Source: a virus
Length of the DNA stretch: 57,714 nt
Strand: one strand, 5' to 3'
IMG/VR virus record: IMGVR_UViG_3300000295_000011
A program made the translations under genes and the position numbers. Positions 44,328 to 52,293 of this stretch are shown one piece after another. Within the stretch, counting starts at the first letter, position 1. Each line of letters opens with the position of its first letter. Under the pieces are notes generated by a model that searched no databases, was not told the origin of the DNA, and saw only the letters and a program-made list of their open reading frames with translations.

Positions 44328-44807
44328 TTACTGGCGGTTATGGGCGGCGTAGTAGTCGTGAAGCATGAGGCTAACTTCGTCGGGGAAGTTGACGCGCTCG
44401 GACGTGAGCTGCTTCCCTGTCTCGGGGTCGACCGTGATTGCGATCGTGTACCAGTGGCGGGCGTCCTCGGAGAGGAAGGAGATGCCGAGGGCGCAGTTGT
44501 GCAGGCCGTAGGAGTATTTGTTGCGCTCGGCGTTCGCCCAGTCGTGGATGATGTCGCCGGCTTCTTCGCCTTCGCAGGTTTCGGTGGCGAAGCCGTACCA
44601 ACGGTCGTCGGCTTCGGCGGTCTGCAGGTAGTAGGCAGCGGCGAGCTTGGCAAGCTCGAGGGCGACGTGCTTGTACTTGCACTCGACCGCGCCGAGCGAG
44701 GCGGCGTGCAGGTAGGCGAAGAGCGGAGCGGTGGCGGGGAGGTTGCGGAGGTCGACGTTGTGGGCTTCGTTGGCTTCGTCGATCATGAAGTCGATGTAGG
44801 TTCGCAT
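44328..44807 (-). CDS. hypothetical protein, paralog of 39916..40488
   Basis: DLRNLPATAPLFA motif. First gene after the promoter at 44870-44898. Confidence 0.65.
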   Translation of the reverse strand: MRTYIDFMIDEANEAHNVDLRNLPATAPLFAYLHAASLGAVECKYKHVALELAKLAAAYYLQTAEADDRWYGFATETCEGEEAGDIIHDWANAERNKYSYGLHNCALGISFLSEDARHWYTIAITVDPETGKQLTSERVNFPDEVSLMLHDYYAAHNRQ

Positions 44808-44869
44808 GGTGGTTTCCTTTCTGGCGGGTTTTCGGAAAGGGCGGGTAGTACGCCTGCCCTATGCCTTGC

Positions 44870-44898
44870 ATTATACATATGGATATAGGAAAGTTCAA
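44870..44898 (-). promoter_or_regulatory. near-consensus sigma70 promoter of the accessory operon
   Basis: Minus strand TTGAAC (44898-44893), 17-nt spacer, TATAAT (44875-44870). Confidence 0.65.
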
Positions 44899-45090
44899 GG
44901 GGGAAAAGTGGCGGGCATTGCGGGCATCGTGTCCTTCATGGACGCCCGACACCCGTCACCGCGAGCGGCACTCGCTTCGTTCGATGCGGTCTGCGCGGAA
45001 CACTTCCCCGACGCGCCCGACTGGGTGATCAGAAGTGCGAGGCGAACGATTGAAGCCAGGTTCTACCAGTGCTAGACTGAAAGCACGAAA

Positions 45091-45120
45091 AAAGCCCCGG
45101 GGGTCATCCCTCGGGGCTTT
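45091..45120. terminator. 13-bp GC-rich hairpin terminator
   Basis: AAAGCCCCGGGGG-TCAT-CCCTCGGGGCTTT. The T-run is better on the minus strand (TTTTTTCG). Confidence 0.6.
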
Positions 45121-45128
45121 CTCTTGAC

Positions 45129-45388
45129 AAAATTGGGGCAAAAATTGGGGCAAAACCCAAGCTCCCTTCCAGAAGCCTTCTGCCACAACGAATCATGGCG
45201 GAGAAGGGGTCTGTCGAACCCCGTTAGACATCCCCTAGACATCCCCTAGACATCCCTTAGACATTTCCCCGTTGAGCCGTGGGTTTTCGCCCGTTTTCGG
45301 TTAGCATGATGGGACAGAGTTAGACATCTGTTAGACATCTTCTAGACATTTTCTAGACAGACAAAATTGGGGCAAAATTGGGGCAAAC
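45129..45388. promoter_or_regulatory. candidate attP: two phased arrays of 4x TAGACAT flanked by 2x AAATTGGGGCAAA on each side
   Basis: TAGACA starts at 45225, 45236, 45247, 45258 and at 45321, 45332, 45343, 45354, with exact 11-bp spacing. GGGGCAAA doublets lie at 45129-45156 and 45361-45388. The region abuts the int start codon. Confidence 0.6.
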
Positions 45389-45401
45389 ATAGGAGCCAGT
45401 C

Positions 45402-46589
45402 ATGCAAGTCACCGCCAGAAACATCGGGAGCCTCCCAGTGGGGACTCACCGAGCAGAACGTTGCCTATATTTAAGAAAGCGAGAGGGTCACGCGCCGACG
45501 TGGGTCTTCCGCTACACGGTCTCGGGAAAGCAGAAGGACGTGGTGATCGGGACGGCGGACGCCGTGACGATTGCTCAGGCAAAGGAAACCGCCGCACGCT
45601 TTCGCACGATGATTGCCGACGGGGTCGACCCGCTTGCCGCGAAGCAGGAGCGGCGGGAGAGGATGAAGAACGCGGGCGCGGAGGTTGACCGCCCGTTCAC
45701 CTTCGCCGACCTCGTTGCCGAGGCCCTGCCCGTCATCGTGCAGAGCAAGGCGTGGCGAAATCAGAAACACGCTGCACAATGGCAATCGACCCTCGAGCAG
45801 TACGCCCTCCCTGTACTGGGTAAGCTGTCGGTCGAGGACGTGAGCCGAGACGACATCCTTGAAGTACTCGTGCCGATTTGGAGAACGAAGCCGGAGACTG
45901 CTGGCAGATTGCGCGGCAGGCTTGAGGCCGTCTTCGCCTACGCCATAGTCATAGGAAAGCGAAGCGGAGGGAATCCCGCCCTGTGGCGCGGGAACCTTGA
46001 GATGTTCCTGCCGCCGATTGCCAAGGTGAAAAAGGAAAGTCACCACGAGGCGCTCACGTTCGACCAGGCTCGCGCGCTTTTCGATGAGTGGCGACCGCCC
46101 ACGTCGATCACGGCCTGCGCGATTCTGTTTGGGGCGCTGACCGCGTCCCGCGTCGGGGAATTCGTGCCCGCGAAGTGGGAGGAGATCGACCTGCACAGGG
46201 AGGTCTGGCACTGCCCGCCCGAGCGACGAAAGGACGGGAAGAAATACCCGCACCGCGTCCCGCTGTGCCGGCAGCTCGTTTCCATGCTGAAGATGCTCCC
46301 GCACGATTCCCCGTATGTGTTCGCCGGCAAAGGCGGCTCGCACATCTCGAAGGAGACGCCCCGCGTGGTTCTCCAGAAGAAGCTCGGGCACGGGACAATG
46401 CACGGCTTTCGCTCGACATTCCGTGACTGGTGCGCGGAGAACGGGAAGGACCCGATTGTTGCCGAGAAAAGCCTGATGCACGCTACTGGGAGTGCCGTGG
46501 TTCAGGCGTATCAACGCTCCGACCTCCTAGACGCTCGCAGGGTTCTGATGCAGGAATGGGCGGACGCCGTGTACCCGGAGCAGGTTTGA
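45402..46589 (+). CDS. int: integrase, P4-type tyrosine recombinase
   Basis: N-terminal arm-binding-type domain. Catalytic signature SRVGE ... HGFRSTFRDW ... AYQRSD. Adjacent to the repeat-rich attP and to xis. Confidence 0.9.
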   Translation: MQVTARNIGSLPVGTHRAERCLYLRKREGHAPTWVFRYTVSGKQKDVVIGTADAVTIAQAKETAARFRTMIADGVDPLAAKQERRERMKNAGAEVDRPFTFADLVAEALPVIVQSKAWRNQKHAAQWQSTLEQYALPVLGKLSVEDVSRDDILEVLVPIWRTKPETAGRLRGRLEAVFAYAIVIGKRSGGNPALWRGNLEMFLPPIAKVKKESHHEALTFDQARALFDEWRPPTSITACAILFGALTASRVGEFVPAKWEEIDLHREVWHCPPERRKDGKKYPHRVPLCRQLVSMLKMLPHDSPYVFAGKGGSHISKETPRVVLQKKLGHGTMHGFRSTFRDWCAENGKDPIVAEKSLMHATGSAVVQAYQRSDLLDARRVLMQEWADAVYPEQV

Positions 46590-46597
46590 CGGGCAAA

Positions 46598-46631
46598 GAA
46601 AAAGCCCGTCACCGTGGTGCGGTGGCGGGCT
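46598..46631 (-). terminator. terminator after xis (protects int from antisense read-through)
   Basis: 12-bp stem AGCCCGCCACCG/CGGTGACGGGCT followed by T5 on the minus strand. Confidence 0.6.
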
Positions 46632-46652
46632 GTGGGTTGCCGATTGTCTGCG

Positions 46653-46871
46653 TTAGGGTGTGGCCTCGCGGAGCTTGAGCGCCTTCGCGCACTTCGTCGC
46701 GTACTGGTCTGCACCGAGCCATTGGTCGATGATGTCCTTGCGCCAAAACAGGCCGCCCGGGAAACGCTTGCCCTGAGGGATGATGCGCTTCGCGATCCAA
46801 CGGTCGACAGTGCGCGGGGACTTCCCGCCAAGGTACTCGCCGACCTCTTTTTTGCTTAACCACCCGTCCAT
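46653..46871 (-). CDS. xis: excisionase / AlpA-like HTH protein
   Basis: WLSKKEVGEYLGGKSPRTVDRWIAKRIIP. 72 aa, convergent with int. Confidence 0.7.
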   Translation of the reverse strand: MDGWLSKKEVGEYLGGKSPRTVDRWIAKRIIPQGKRFPGGLFWRKDIIDQWLGADQYATKCAKALKLREATP

Positions 46872-47431
46872 TGAAATACCTCCCGTTCTTTTGCCATTCT
46901 CACCTGTGCGATCGCCTCCGCGATCAGTTCGGCCTTGCTCATGATTTGTGCCTTGTACGCCGCGAGGGCACGCTCGGCTCGGTCGAATTCCTCGCGGTCG
47001 ATCATGTCGATCACGGCGACCATCGTTTCCTTTTCGTGCAGATCCTTCTCTGCCAGTTGACTGACCCGCGCCACTGCCGCCTGCATCTCGCCGTCATCCC
47101 GCACCGGGGCGGCGGGCGTGGCCAGAGCGTCGAACCAGTTTGGCGCAGCACCTTCCAGGATTTGCCGCACCTGCTTCTCGCGTGCGACCTCTCTGTGCAG
47201 GTGCGCCTGCCCGGTGCTGTGATCGGTCATGCTCAGGTAGGGGATCGAGTTGAAAACCCGCACGTAGATCGGAGCGAATCGTTCCTTCAGTGTGCGGATG
47301 TTGCTCGTGATGAATCCCGTGTGTACGTTCACCTGCGCGGCAATTTGAGCTGTGGAAAATTCCTGCTTCGCGTGCCTGCGGAGGAAGCTCGCGATTTTGT
47401 ACAGCATGATTTCGCGTTCATCGTCAAGCAT
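46856..47431 (-). CDS. winged-helix protein, paralog of 47424..47834
   Basis: N-terminal wHTH-like segment. Shared motif APNWFDA. Confidence 0.55.
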   Translation of the reverse strand: MLDDEREIMLYKIASFLRRHAKQEFSTAQIAAQVNVHTGFITSNIRTLKERFAPIYVRVFNSIPYLSMTDHSTGQAHLHREVAREKQVRQILEGAAPNWFDALATPAAPVRDDGEMQAAVARVSQLAEKDLHEKETMVAVIDMIDREEFDRAERALAAYKAQIMSKAELIAEAIAQVRMAKEREVFQWTGG

Positions 47432-47834
47432 GAGCGTCTCCTGCGCAGACGATTGCGTCGAACCAGTTCGGGGACGGGGCAGCCATAATGCGAATCTTTT
47501 CGGCCTGCATCCTTCCCTTTTCGATGCGCTCGACGCGCATACTCTTTTCCTCTTCTGCTTCGCGCTTCGCCTCTTCGGCCTTCAGGCGTTCGCGCTCGAG
47601 CCTTCGGTTTCGTTCTTCCTCTGCGAAGGAGAGACGCCCGCCGAAGCTAACGAGGGTCAGGCCGTGGACTGTGCGGACGTGCAGCTCGGTTCCTTTGCCG
47701 GCCAAAGTTTCGAGGATGCCGTTCACGCGGGCCTTGGGCTGGTGAGCCAGTGAGGCGATTTCGGGTACCGTGAACTCACGGTGCGGGTTCGTCTTGAGAA
47801 GTTGTTCGACGTGGTGCGTTGCGGTGCTGTTCAT
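47424..47834 (-). CDS. winged-helix protein, paralog of 46856..47431
   Basis: FTVPEIASLAHQPKARVNGILETLAGKG. Shared motif SPNWFDA. Confidence 0.55.
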   Translation of the reverse strand: MNSTATHHVEQLLKTNPHREFTVPEIASLAHQPKARVNGILETLAGKGTELHVRTVHGLTLVSFGGRLSFAEEERNRRLERERLKAEEAKREAEEEKSMRVERIEKGRMQAEKIRIMAAPSPNWFDAIVCAGDAHA

Positions 47835-47843
47835 GATGGTTTC

Positions 47844-48542
47844 CTAGTTGGCGGGTAGTGGAGGAGGCGGCGGGAGCTTGCCCGTCACCTTCATATGGTT
47901 GACGCGTTCGGCCTGCGCGGCCTCGAGTGCTTGAACCTTTTCGAGGTAGTCCCCGAGGATCAGGCGGCGATGCTCGCGGAATCGTCCGGGCGTACTGGCG
48001 ATGTGTTCGGGGTCGTTTTCCTTCAGCACTTCGATCAGCTCCTGATTCATTCCGTTGGCGGTCGCGGCCTCGAAGATCATCTGTGCCGTAGTGAGGCCTT
48101 CGCGGGTGTCCTCGATCAGTTCGTCAGGAATGCGGCGGCCCATGTTGCGATGGTCGATCGCGAGGGTTGCGGCATAGGCCGCGCGGCGGATCTCATCGAG
48201 GCGCTCAGACTCCTGCACGCCGACCTTGAGGAAGGCGATTGCCCCGATCATCAGCATCGAGTTGACAAGCGAGAAGTCGTCCATTTCCTCGGTCGTCTGC
48301 CAACGCTCGAGTGCCATAAAGGCCTCGATGAAGCGTTCGACCATGAAATCCTGGTCGGCTAGCGCGAACAGGTAGCCGAGCTGCGCGGATCCCTTGTGCC
48401 GAGCCGCTCGGGCATCCTCGACGATCTTGACGAGGCGGCGGCATTCGGCGGGGTCTTTGAACTGGTTGCGGAGCAGGCGACTGCGTGCGGCCTGCTCCCG
48501 TCCGTGCGCCCCCTTCTTTCTGGGCTTCTTTGACTTAGGCAT
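47844..48542 (-). CDS. hypothetical protein
   Basis: 232-aa ORF in the leftward operon. Confidence 0.55.
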   Translation of the reverse strand: MPKSKKPRKKGAHGREQAARSRLLRNQFKDPAECRRLVKIVEDARAARHKGSAQLGYLFALADQDFMVERFIEAFMALERWQTTEEMDDFSLVNSMLMIGAIAFLKVGVQESERLDEIRRAAYAATLAIDHRNMGRRIPDELIEDTREGLTTAQMIFEAATANGMNQELIEVLKENDPEHIASTPGRFREHRRLILGDYLEKVQALEAAQAERVNHMKVTGKLPPPPPLPAN

Positions 48543-48552
48543 TGGCGTCTCC

Positions 48553-48909
48553 TCAGATTTGCCCCTTGAGCTGTTTTTGGACTTCCTCGTATGTGTCGAA
48601 GCCCGGCGGGAGGACGAGGCGGTAGCGACCGCACTCGACGCCGTCGATCCTGCACACCAGAAGCACCTTGCGCCAGAGGTGGCACTGGACGAAGTCGTAG
48701 GCGATCTTCGTGGCGATCACCAGTGCGCCGATCAGGAAGCAGAAGTTGAAGCCCATGATGAAGCCGCGCTCCCACGCGATCGAGGTCGGCACGACGATCG
48801 AGTAAAAGAAAAGCCCGAGCCAGAGAAGCCCGAGCTTAGATGTGGGGATCGCGCGGAGGTACCCGCGCATCCACAGGGCGATGATGTCGCCCCTTGAGTT
48901 CGACCGCAT
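48553..48909 (-). CDS. membrane protein
   Basis: Three hydrophobic segments. Confidence 0.5.
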   Translation of the reverse strand: MRSNSRGDIIALWMRGYLRAIPTSKLGLLWLGLFFYSIVVPTSIAWERGFIMGFNFCFLIGALVIATKIAYDFVQCHLWRKVLLVCRIDGVECGRYRLVLPPGFDTYEEVQKQLKGQI

Positions 48910-48918
48910 GATGTCTCC

Positions 48919-49302
48919 TTATCGACGGGTCAGTTCTGCGTAGCGTTTTGCCACGGCCTTGCGGCATTCGATCATGCCCTTGATCTTGTCCTCTTCCTGC
49001 TCGATGATCGTGGGGAAGAGGAGGTCGAGGTAGCCGTTCCTCAGGGCGAAGTGTTGGCCGAGCCAGAGGGCGACCTCAGAGTATCCTCCCGGGGCTTCTA
49101 CCTTGCGAACCCGATCAATCTCGCGGTCGAGGTAGAACATGGCCTTCATGAGATCGTCGGCCTCGGATTCGCCGTCCTTGTGGCCTGCGCGGACGATGTA
49201 CTTGACCGCGTTGCCGAGGTTGAACCCGAGCAGTTCGCACAGGTCGATGGGTTCGAGGGTGATGGCCGCGTCGCGGTAGTGTTTGGGATTGGTCTTGTCC
49301 AT
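48919..49302 (-). CDS. DUF3310-like protein
   Basis: NPKHYR ... EPIDL ... GNAVKYIVRAGHK ... KAMFYL pattern. Confidence 0.6.
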   Translation of the reverse strand: MDKTNPKHYRDAAITLEPIDLCELLGFNLGNAVKYIVRAGHKDGESEADDLMKAMFYLDREIDRVRKVEAPGGYSEVALWLGQHFALRNGYLDLLFPTIIEQEEDKIKGMIECRKAVAKRYAELTRR

Positions 49303-49895
49303 TAGATGTCCTTTGCGAAAGTTTCGGCGAGTGTCGGGATGGTGGCGGGCGGGAACGACTCGCTCAGGTGCTTGGCCGTCAGGTAGCCCATGCAGAAAGC
49401 CCCGCTGCTACCGTCGGTCTGACGCATCGCGTCGTAGGCGATCTTCGAGTAGCGGAAGTCGGGGCGCTTGATGAGTTCTGGATTCGTGAGCAGGTCTACG
49501 CCGAGATCGAACAGCCCTTGTTGGCGGCTAGCGTTGGCGAACAGCCTGAAGCCCTTCGTAAACTCGTCGATCGACTTTGCGCACATCTTGATGCCCACGC
49601 GCCTCAGGTCGGCCTCTTCGTCGAAGCGCTTGAAGCGAACGAGGTTGTCAGCACCGGGCAGGGTGGCGAAGAAGAAGAGGTTGTACAAAGGTTCGCCGTT
49701 GGTCACGGCAGTCGCGTCGAGCGGGTGAGTGATGTCGTCCACATCGGCGAGGACGTGTATGTCCTTGCGCGTCAGGTCGGGTTTGTTGGGGTAGCCTTCG
49801 ACCGGGTTGAACCCCTCGAACCAGTAGCGACCAGGTTCATGCGGGTAGTGGTCGATTAGCCAGTTCCACCCCTTTTCGGAATACTTTTTCATCAT
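49302..49895 (-). CDS. hypothetical protein
   Basis: 197-aa ORF. Confidence 0.55.
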   Translation of the reverse strand: MMKKYSEKGWNWLIDHYPHEPGRYWFEGFNPVEGYPNKPDLTRKDIHVLADVDDITHPLDATAVTNGEPLYNLFFFATLPGADNLVRFKRFDEEADLRRVGIKMCAKSIDEFTKGFRLFANASRQQGLFDLGVDLLTNPELIKRPDFRYSKIAYDAMRQTDGSSGAFCMGYLTAKHLSESFPPATIPTLAETFAKDI

Positions 49896-49979
49896 GTCCT
49901 CTTCATGTGATGAGACCGCCGTCCCCTCCTCTCCTCGCAGGAAGTGGCGGCGGCCTCGGTCAAGGTGTCGGCCTGTGGG

Positions 49980-50183
49980 TTACTCGCCTTCTCGAAGTTC
50001 GTCGAGCAGGTCACGCAGGTGCAGTAGTTCCCGCGCCATCATCATCACGTCTCGCAACATGGGATCGTAAGCCTCGTCGAAACGTCGCTCATCGGTGTCG
50101 GCCTTGATCGCCTCTGCCGCTCCGACCAGTTGCTCGGAGACGTAATCCATGTTTTGCAGAATTTCCTCTTCATTCATTTTCAT
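49980..50183 (-). CDS. hypothetical small acidic protein
   Basis: 67-aa ORF, ATGA-coupled. Confidence 0.45.
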   Translation of the reverse strand: MKMNEEEILQNMDYVSEQLVGAAEAIKADTDERRFDEAYDPMLRDVMMMARELLHLRDLLDELREGE

Positions 50184-50293
50184 GCTCCGGTTGCCCCGTA
50201 ACAGCCCGCGCCTCGGGCTCTTGCAAGCGCGCGTACCGAAATGACGTTCAAGGCGACGATTGCTCTGCGTCTGTATTCTCTTTCAGGCCTCAT
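50180..50293 (-). CDS. possible 37-aa coupling ORF
   Basis: ATGA overlaps at both ends. Arg/Ala-rich, so it may not be real. Confidence 0.25.
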   Translation of the reverse strand: MRPEREYRRRAIVALNVISVRALARARGAGCYGATGA

Positions 50294-50508
50294 TCGTCCT
50301 CCTCCTGCTGTTTGACGAAGTACTCAGTCGGAAAGAGCGTTGGCGCGATTTTTCCCTTGACAGGGACGTGGAGGAGGTAGAAGCCGCAAAGCGTTCCTTT
50401 TGCGTGATACATGAACGCTCGTCCATCGCATTCCGCTTCTGCCTCACGGATCGCTTTTTGTGTTGTGCCCATCATGCAAGCTATTCGCTTGCGGATTTCC
50501 TTTTTCAT
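50290..50508 (-). CDS. hypothetical protein ending QQEEDE
   Basis: ATGA-coupled start MKKEIRK. Confidence 0.5.
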   Translation of the reverse strand: MKKEIRKRIACMMGTTQKAIREAEAECDGRAFMYHAKGTLCGFYLLHVPVKGKIAPTLFPTEYFVKQQEEDE

Positions 50509-51023
50509 CTTGACAGGCATTTCTCGTACCCCTCCATTTCTTCTACAAGTCGACGATCAAATTCAGCCACTCGAGCTAAAAAGTCCCCAGAGATCCACTC
50601 GCTTTTTTGATCATCAGGCCAACACTTGATGAGCGATTTGTACTTTGTTGCATGAAATCCACGGCAAAATGCGTACATGGGCTCTCCGCTTGGTCTTCTG
50701 AAATTCTCACCGTCGAAGTGGCCACGCAATCGTGCGATTTCTTTCCCTGATTCTTTTTCCTGAATCGAAAACATCAGGTCGACGTTTTTGGGGATGTTCC
50801 AAGACTTCGTTGGGTTCCATTCGTTCGGACGAAACTCCGGGTTTTCCTTGACGTCTTCGGGGGTGAGATCGACAGAAAAGCGATTGCCGAATTTGACGGT
50901 CCTCGCTTCGCCAGTCCAAACTCTATTGAGTTCTTCCGACAGGCTCGGCCCGCTGTGCGGTGTGAGCATTGAGAGAATCTCATTAAGACGAAAGTCTTTC
51001 AGTTCAAACCGTGGGGTTTTCAT
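50505..51023 (-). CDS. hypothetical protein (distantly similar to 51265..51702)
   Basis: 172 aa, noticeably AT-richer than its neighbours. Confidence 0.55.
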   Translation of the reverse strand: MKTPRFELKDFRLNEILSMLTPHSGPSLSEELNRVWTGEARTVKFGNRFSVDLTPEDVKENPEFRPNEWNPTKSWNIPKNVDLMFSIQEKESGKEIARLRGHFDGENFRRPSGEPMYAFCRGFHATKYKSLIKCWPDDQKSEWISGDFLARVAEFDRRLVEEMEGYEKCLSR

Positions 51024-51268
51024 TCTTCATCGTCCTCCTCGTCTCTCAAAACTCCTACCCAACACTCCATCGGGAAGGCAACCCAACGCAGTTTTCCCTC
51101 AAAGTGGAGTTGCATAGCCCAAGACAAACCGTACTCTTTGGCTCCCGGCGTTTGGTGCGCCGCAAGCCGCAGGTTTTTCTCGCCCTTGCGGATGTCCTCC
51201 GCGGAGATCCCCTGCTTGAGCAGGCTTTCATACGTTTCTTTGTTGAGTTTCCCTGATCCCTTTATCAT
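51020..51268 (-). CDS. hypothetical protein ending EEDDEE
   Basis: ATGA-coupled start MIKGSGKL. Confidence 0.5.
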   Translation of the reverse strand: MIKGSGKLNKETYESLLKQGISAEDIRKGEKNLRLAAHQTPGAKEYGLSWAMQLHFEGKLRWVAFPMECWVGVLRDEEDDEE

Positions 51269-51702
51269 TCCTCGTCCTCCTCGTCCTCCTCGTCCCACGG
51301 GCGGAAGCTGGTAACATCACGACGGAGTCCGTTGCTGAACCACGCGTCGACCCACTCGCCGTCCTCATATTGAGATGTGTACCGCGCGGCGAAACGTTCG
51401 AGACGTTCTGGCTCGCTGCCGTAAACGTTCTCACACCGCATCCAGACGTCTTTCGGCGGCTCGACCTCGGGGTATTTGTTCCAAGCGTGCGGGTCGTACT
51501 CCTGCACCTCTTCGAGCATGTCGGCGTACAGCGCGGCGGAGAACTGCGAGCCCTCCCCGAACCAGAGAACGTGCAGCCGCGGTTCTTTTTTGAAACTGTC
51601 TTTGATGAGCTCGCGCTCCTTGTGCAGCCGAGCGGAGAAGTCTCCGTCGCTCAGCTCGTCGAGCTTCTTCTGCAGCTCGCGGTCTTTTAATCTGTACTTC
51701 AT
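51265..51702 (-). CDS. hypothetical protein ending DEEDEEDEE
   Basis: 145-aa ORF. Confidence 0.55.
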   Translation of the reverse strand: MKYRLKDRELQKKLDELSDGDFSARLHKERELIKDSFKKEPRLHVLWFGEGSQFSAALYADMLEEVQEYDPHAWNKYPEVEPPKDVWMRCENVYGSEPERLERFAARYTSQYEDGEWVDAWFSNGLRRDVTSFRPWDEEDEEDEE

Positions 51703-51714
51703 TCCTCGTCCTCC

Positions 51715-51885
51715 TTACCAGATCACGACGGCCTTGCCGTAGGGGGTAAGCCGAACTTCGACGCCCCCGGCATATTCTTCGCCCATCATGGGGTAGCCGC
51801 CGTCGTTGTACGTGTACGCGACTTCGATGTCGCCTTCCTTTTCCATAATCTCCTGAAGGAGTTCGATTAGTTCACTGATCGTCAT
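51715..51885 (-). CDS. hypothetical 56-aa protein
   Basis: MTISELIELLQEIMEKEGDIEV... Below the ORF-track cutoff. AGGAG RBS. Confidence 0.45.
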   Translation of the reverse strand: MTISELIELLQEIMEKEGDIEVAYTYNDGGYPMMGEEYAGGVEVRLTPYGKAVVIW

Positions 51886-51888
51886 TCC

Positions 51889-52050
51889 TTAATCTCCTGT
51901 AGATCCATATCCGCTCGCACCGCGCGCGGTCTCGCTCAGCTCGTCAGCCCACTCGAGCTCGAGCTCGGGGAGCGGGATGATGTAGAGCTTCGCGACGCGA
52001 TCGCCTACGTTGACGTTGAAGTGATCCGAGTCGCCACTTGGATTTCGGCA
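51889..52050 (-). pseudogene. dUTPase C-terminal remnant (motifs 4-5), start-less
   Basis: Hand-translated ...GDRVAKLYIIPLPELELEWADELSETARGASGYGSTGD*, compared with the intact copy GDRIAQMRIEKLVDTEFEWADELSETDRGEGGYGSTGR*. The two share the 17-nt CTCGTCAGCCCACTCGA. Confidence 0.7.
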
Positions 52051-52293
52051 TTACATCTCCTTGAGTTCCTGTGCCGCCTCGAGCGCGCCATTGAGCGCGG
52101 CCAGGATGGCCTGCGCCTGCGACGGGCTGAGGTTGTCGATGTAGAAGGTTCGAGCCCAGTTGTGCCACCAGACGACAAAGCTGACATTCCCGTTGGACAA
52201 CGGCTTGAACGCGCAGGTGACATTGGAGCAGACGGCTAGCTTGCCCTTCTTGAGTTCGAGCTTTTTGTCGTGGAGAGCTTTGGTCGGCGTCAT
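52051..52293 (-). CDS. hypothetical protein
   Basis: 80-aa ORF, ATGA-coupled to dut. Confidence 0.5.
   Translation of the reverse strand: MTPTKALHDKKLELKKGKLAVCSNVTCAFKPLSNGNVSFVVWWHNWARTFYIDNLSPSQAQAILAALNGALEAAQELKEM

Noticed and set aside
44908-45075. Small plus-strand ORF (VAGIAGIVSFMDARHPS...ARFYQC) between the accessory-operon promoter and attP.
   Set aside because: It has only a weak RBS, a GTG or internal ATG start, and no recognisable features. It could be real, since a terminator follows at 45091-45120, but support is too thin to call.
45190-45235. tRNA 3'-end-like sequence on the minus strand (GGGGTTCGACAGACCCCTTCTCCGCCA) as the attP core.
   Set aside because: The stem and loop lengths cannot be fitted to a canonical T-arm (5-7-5) plus a 7-nt acceptor strand. 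The CCA ending is probably coincidental.
45225-45359. CRISPR array or partition centromere, suggested by the regular TAGACAT repeats.
   Set aside because: The 11-bp units are contiguous with no spacers, there are no cas genes, and there is no ParA/ParM-type ATPase in the window. Their position abutting int fits arm-type sites better. The centromere-like analogy is kept only as a remark.
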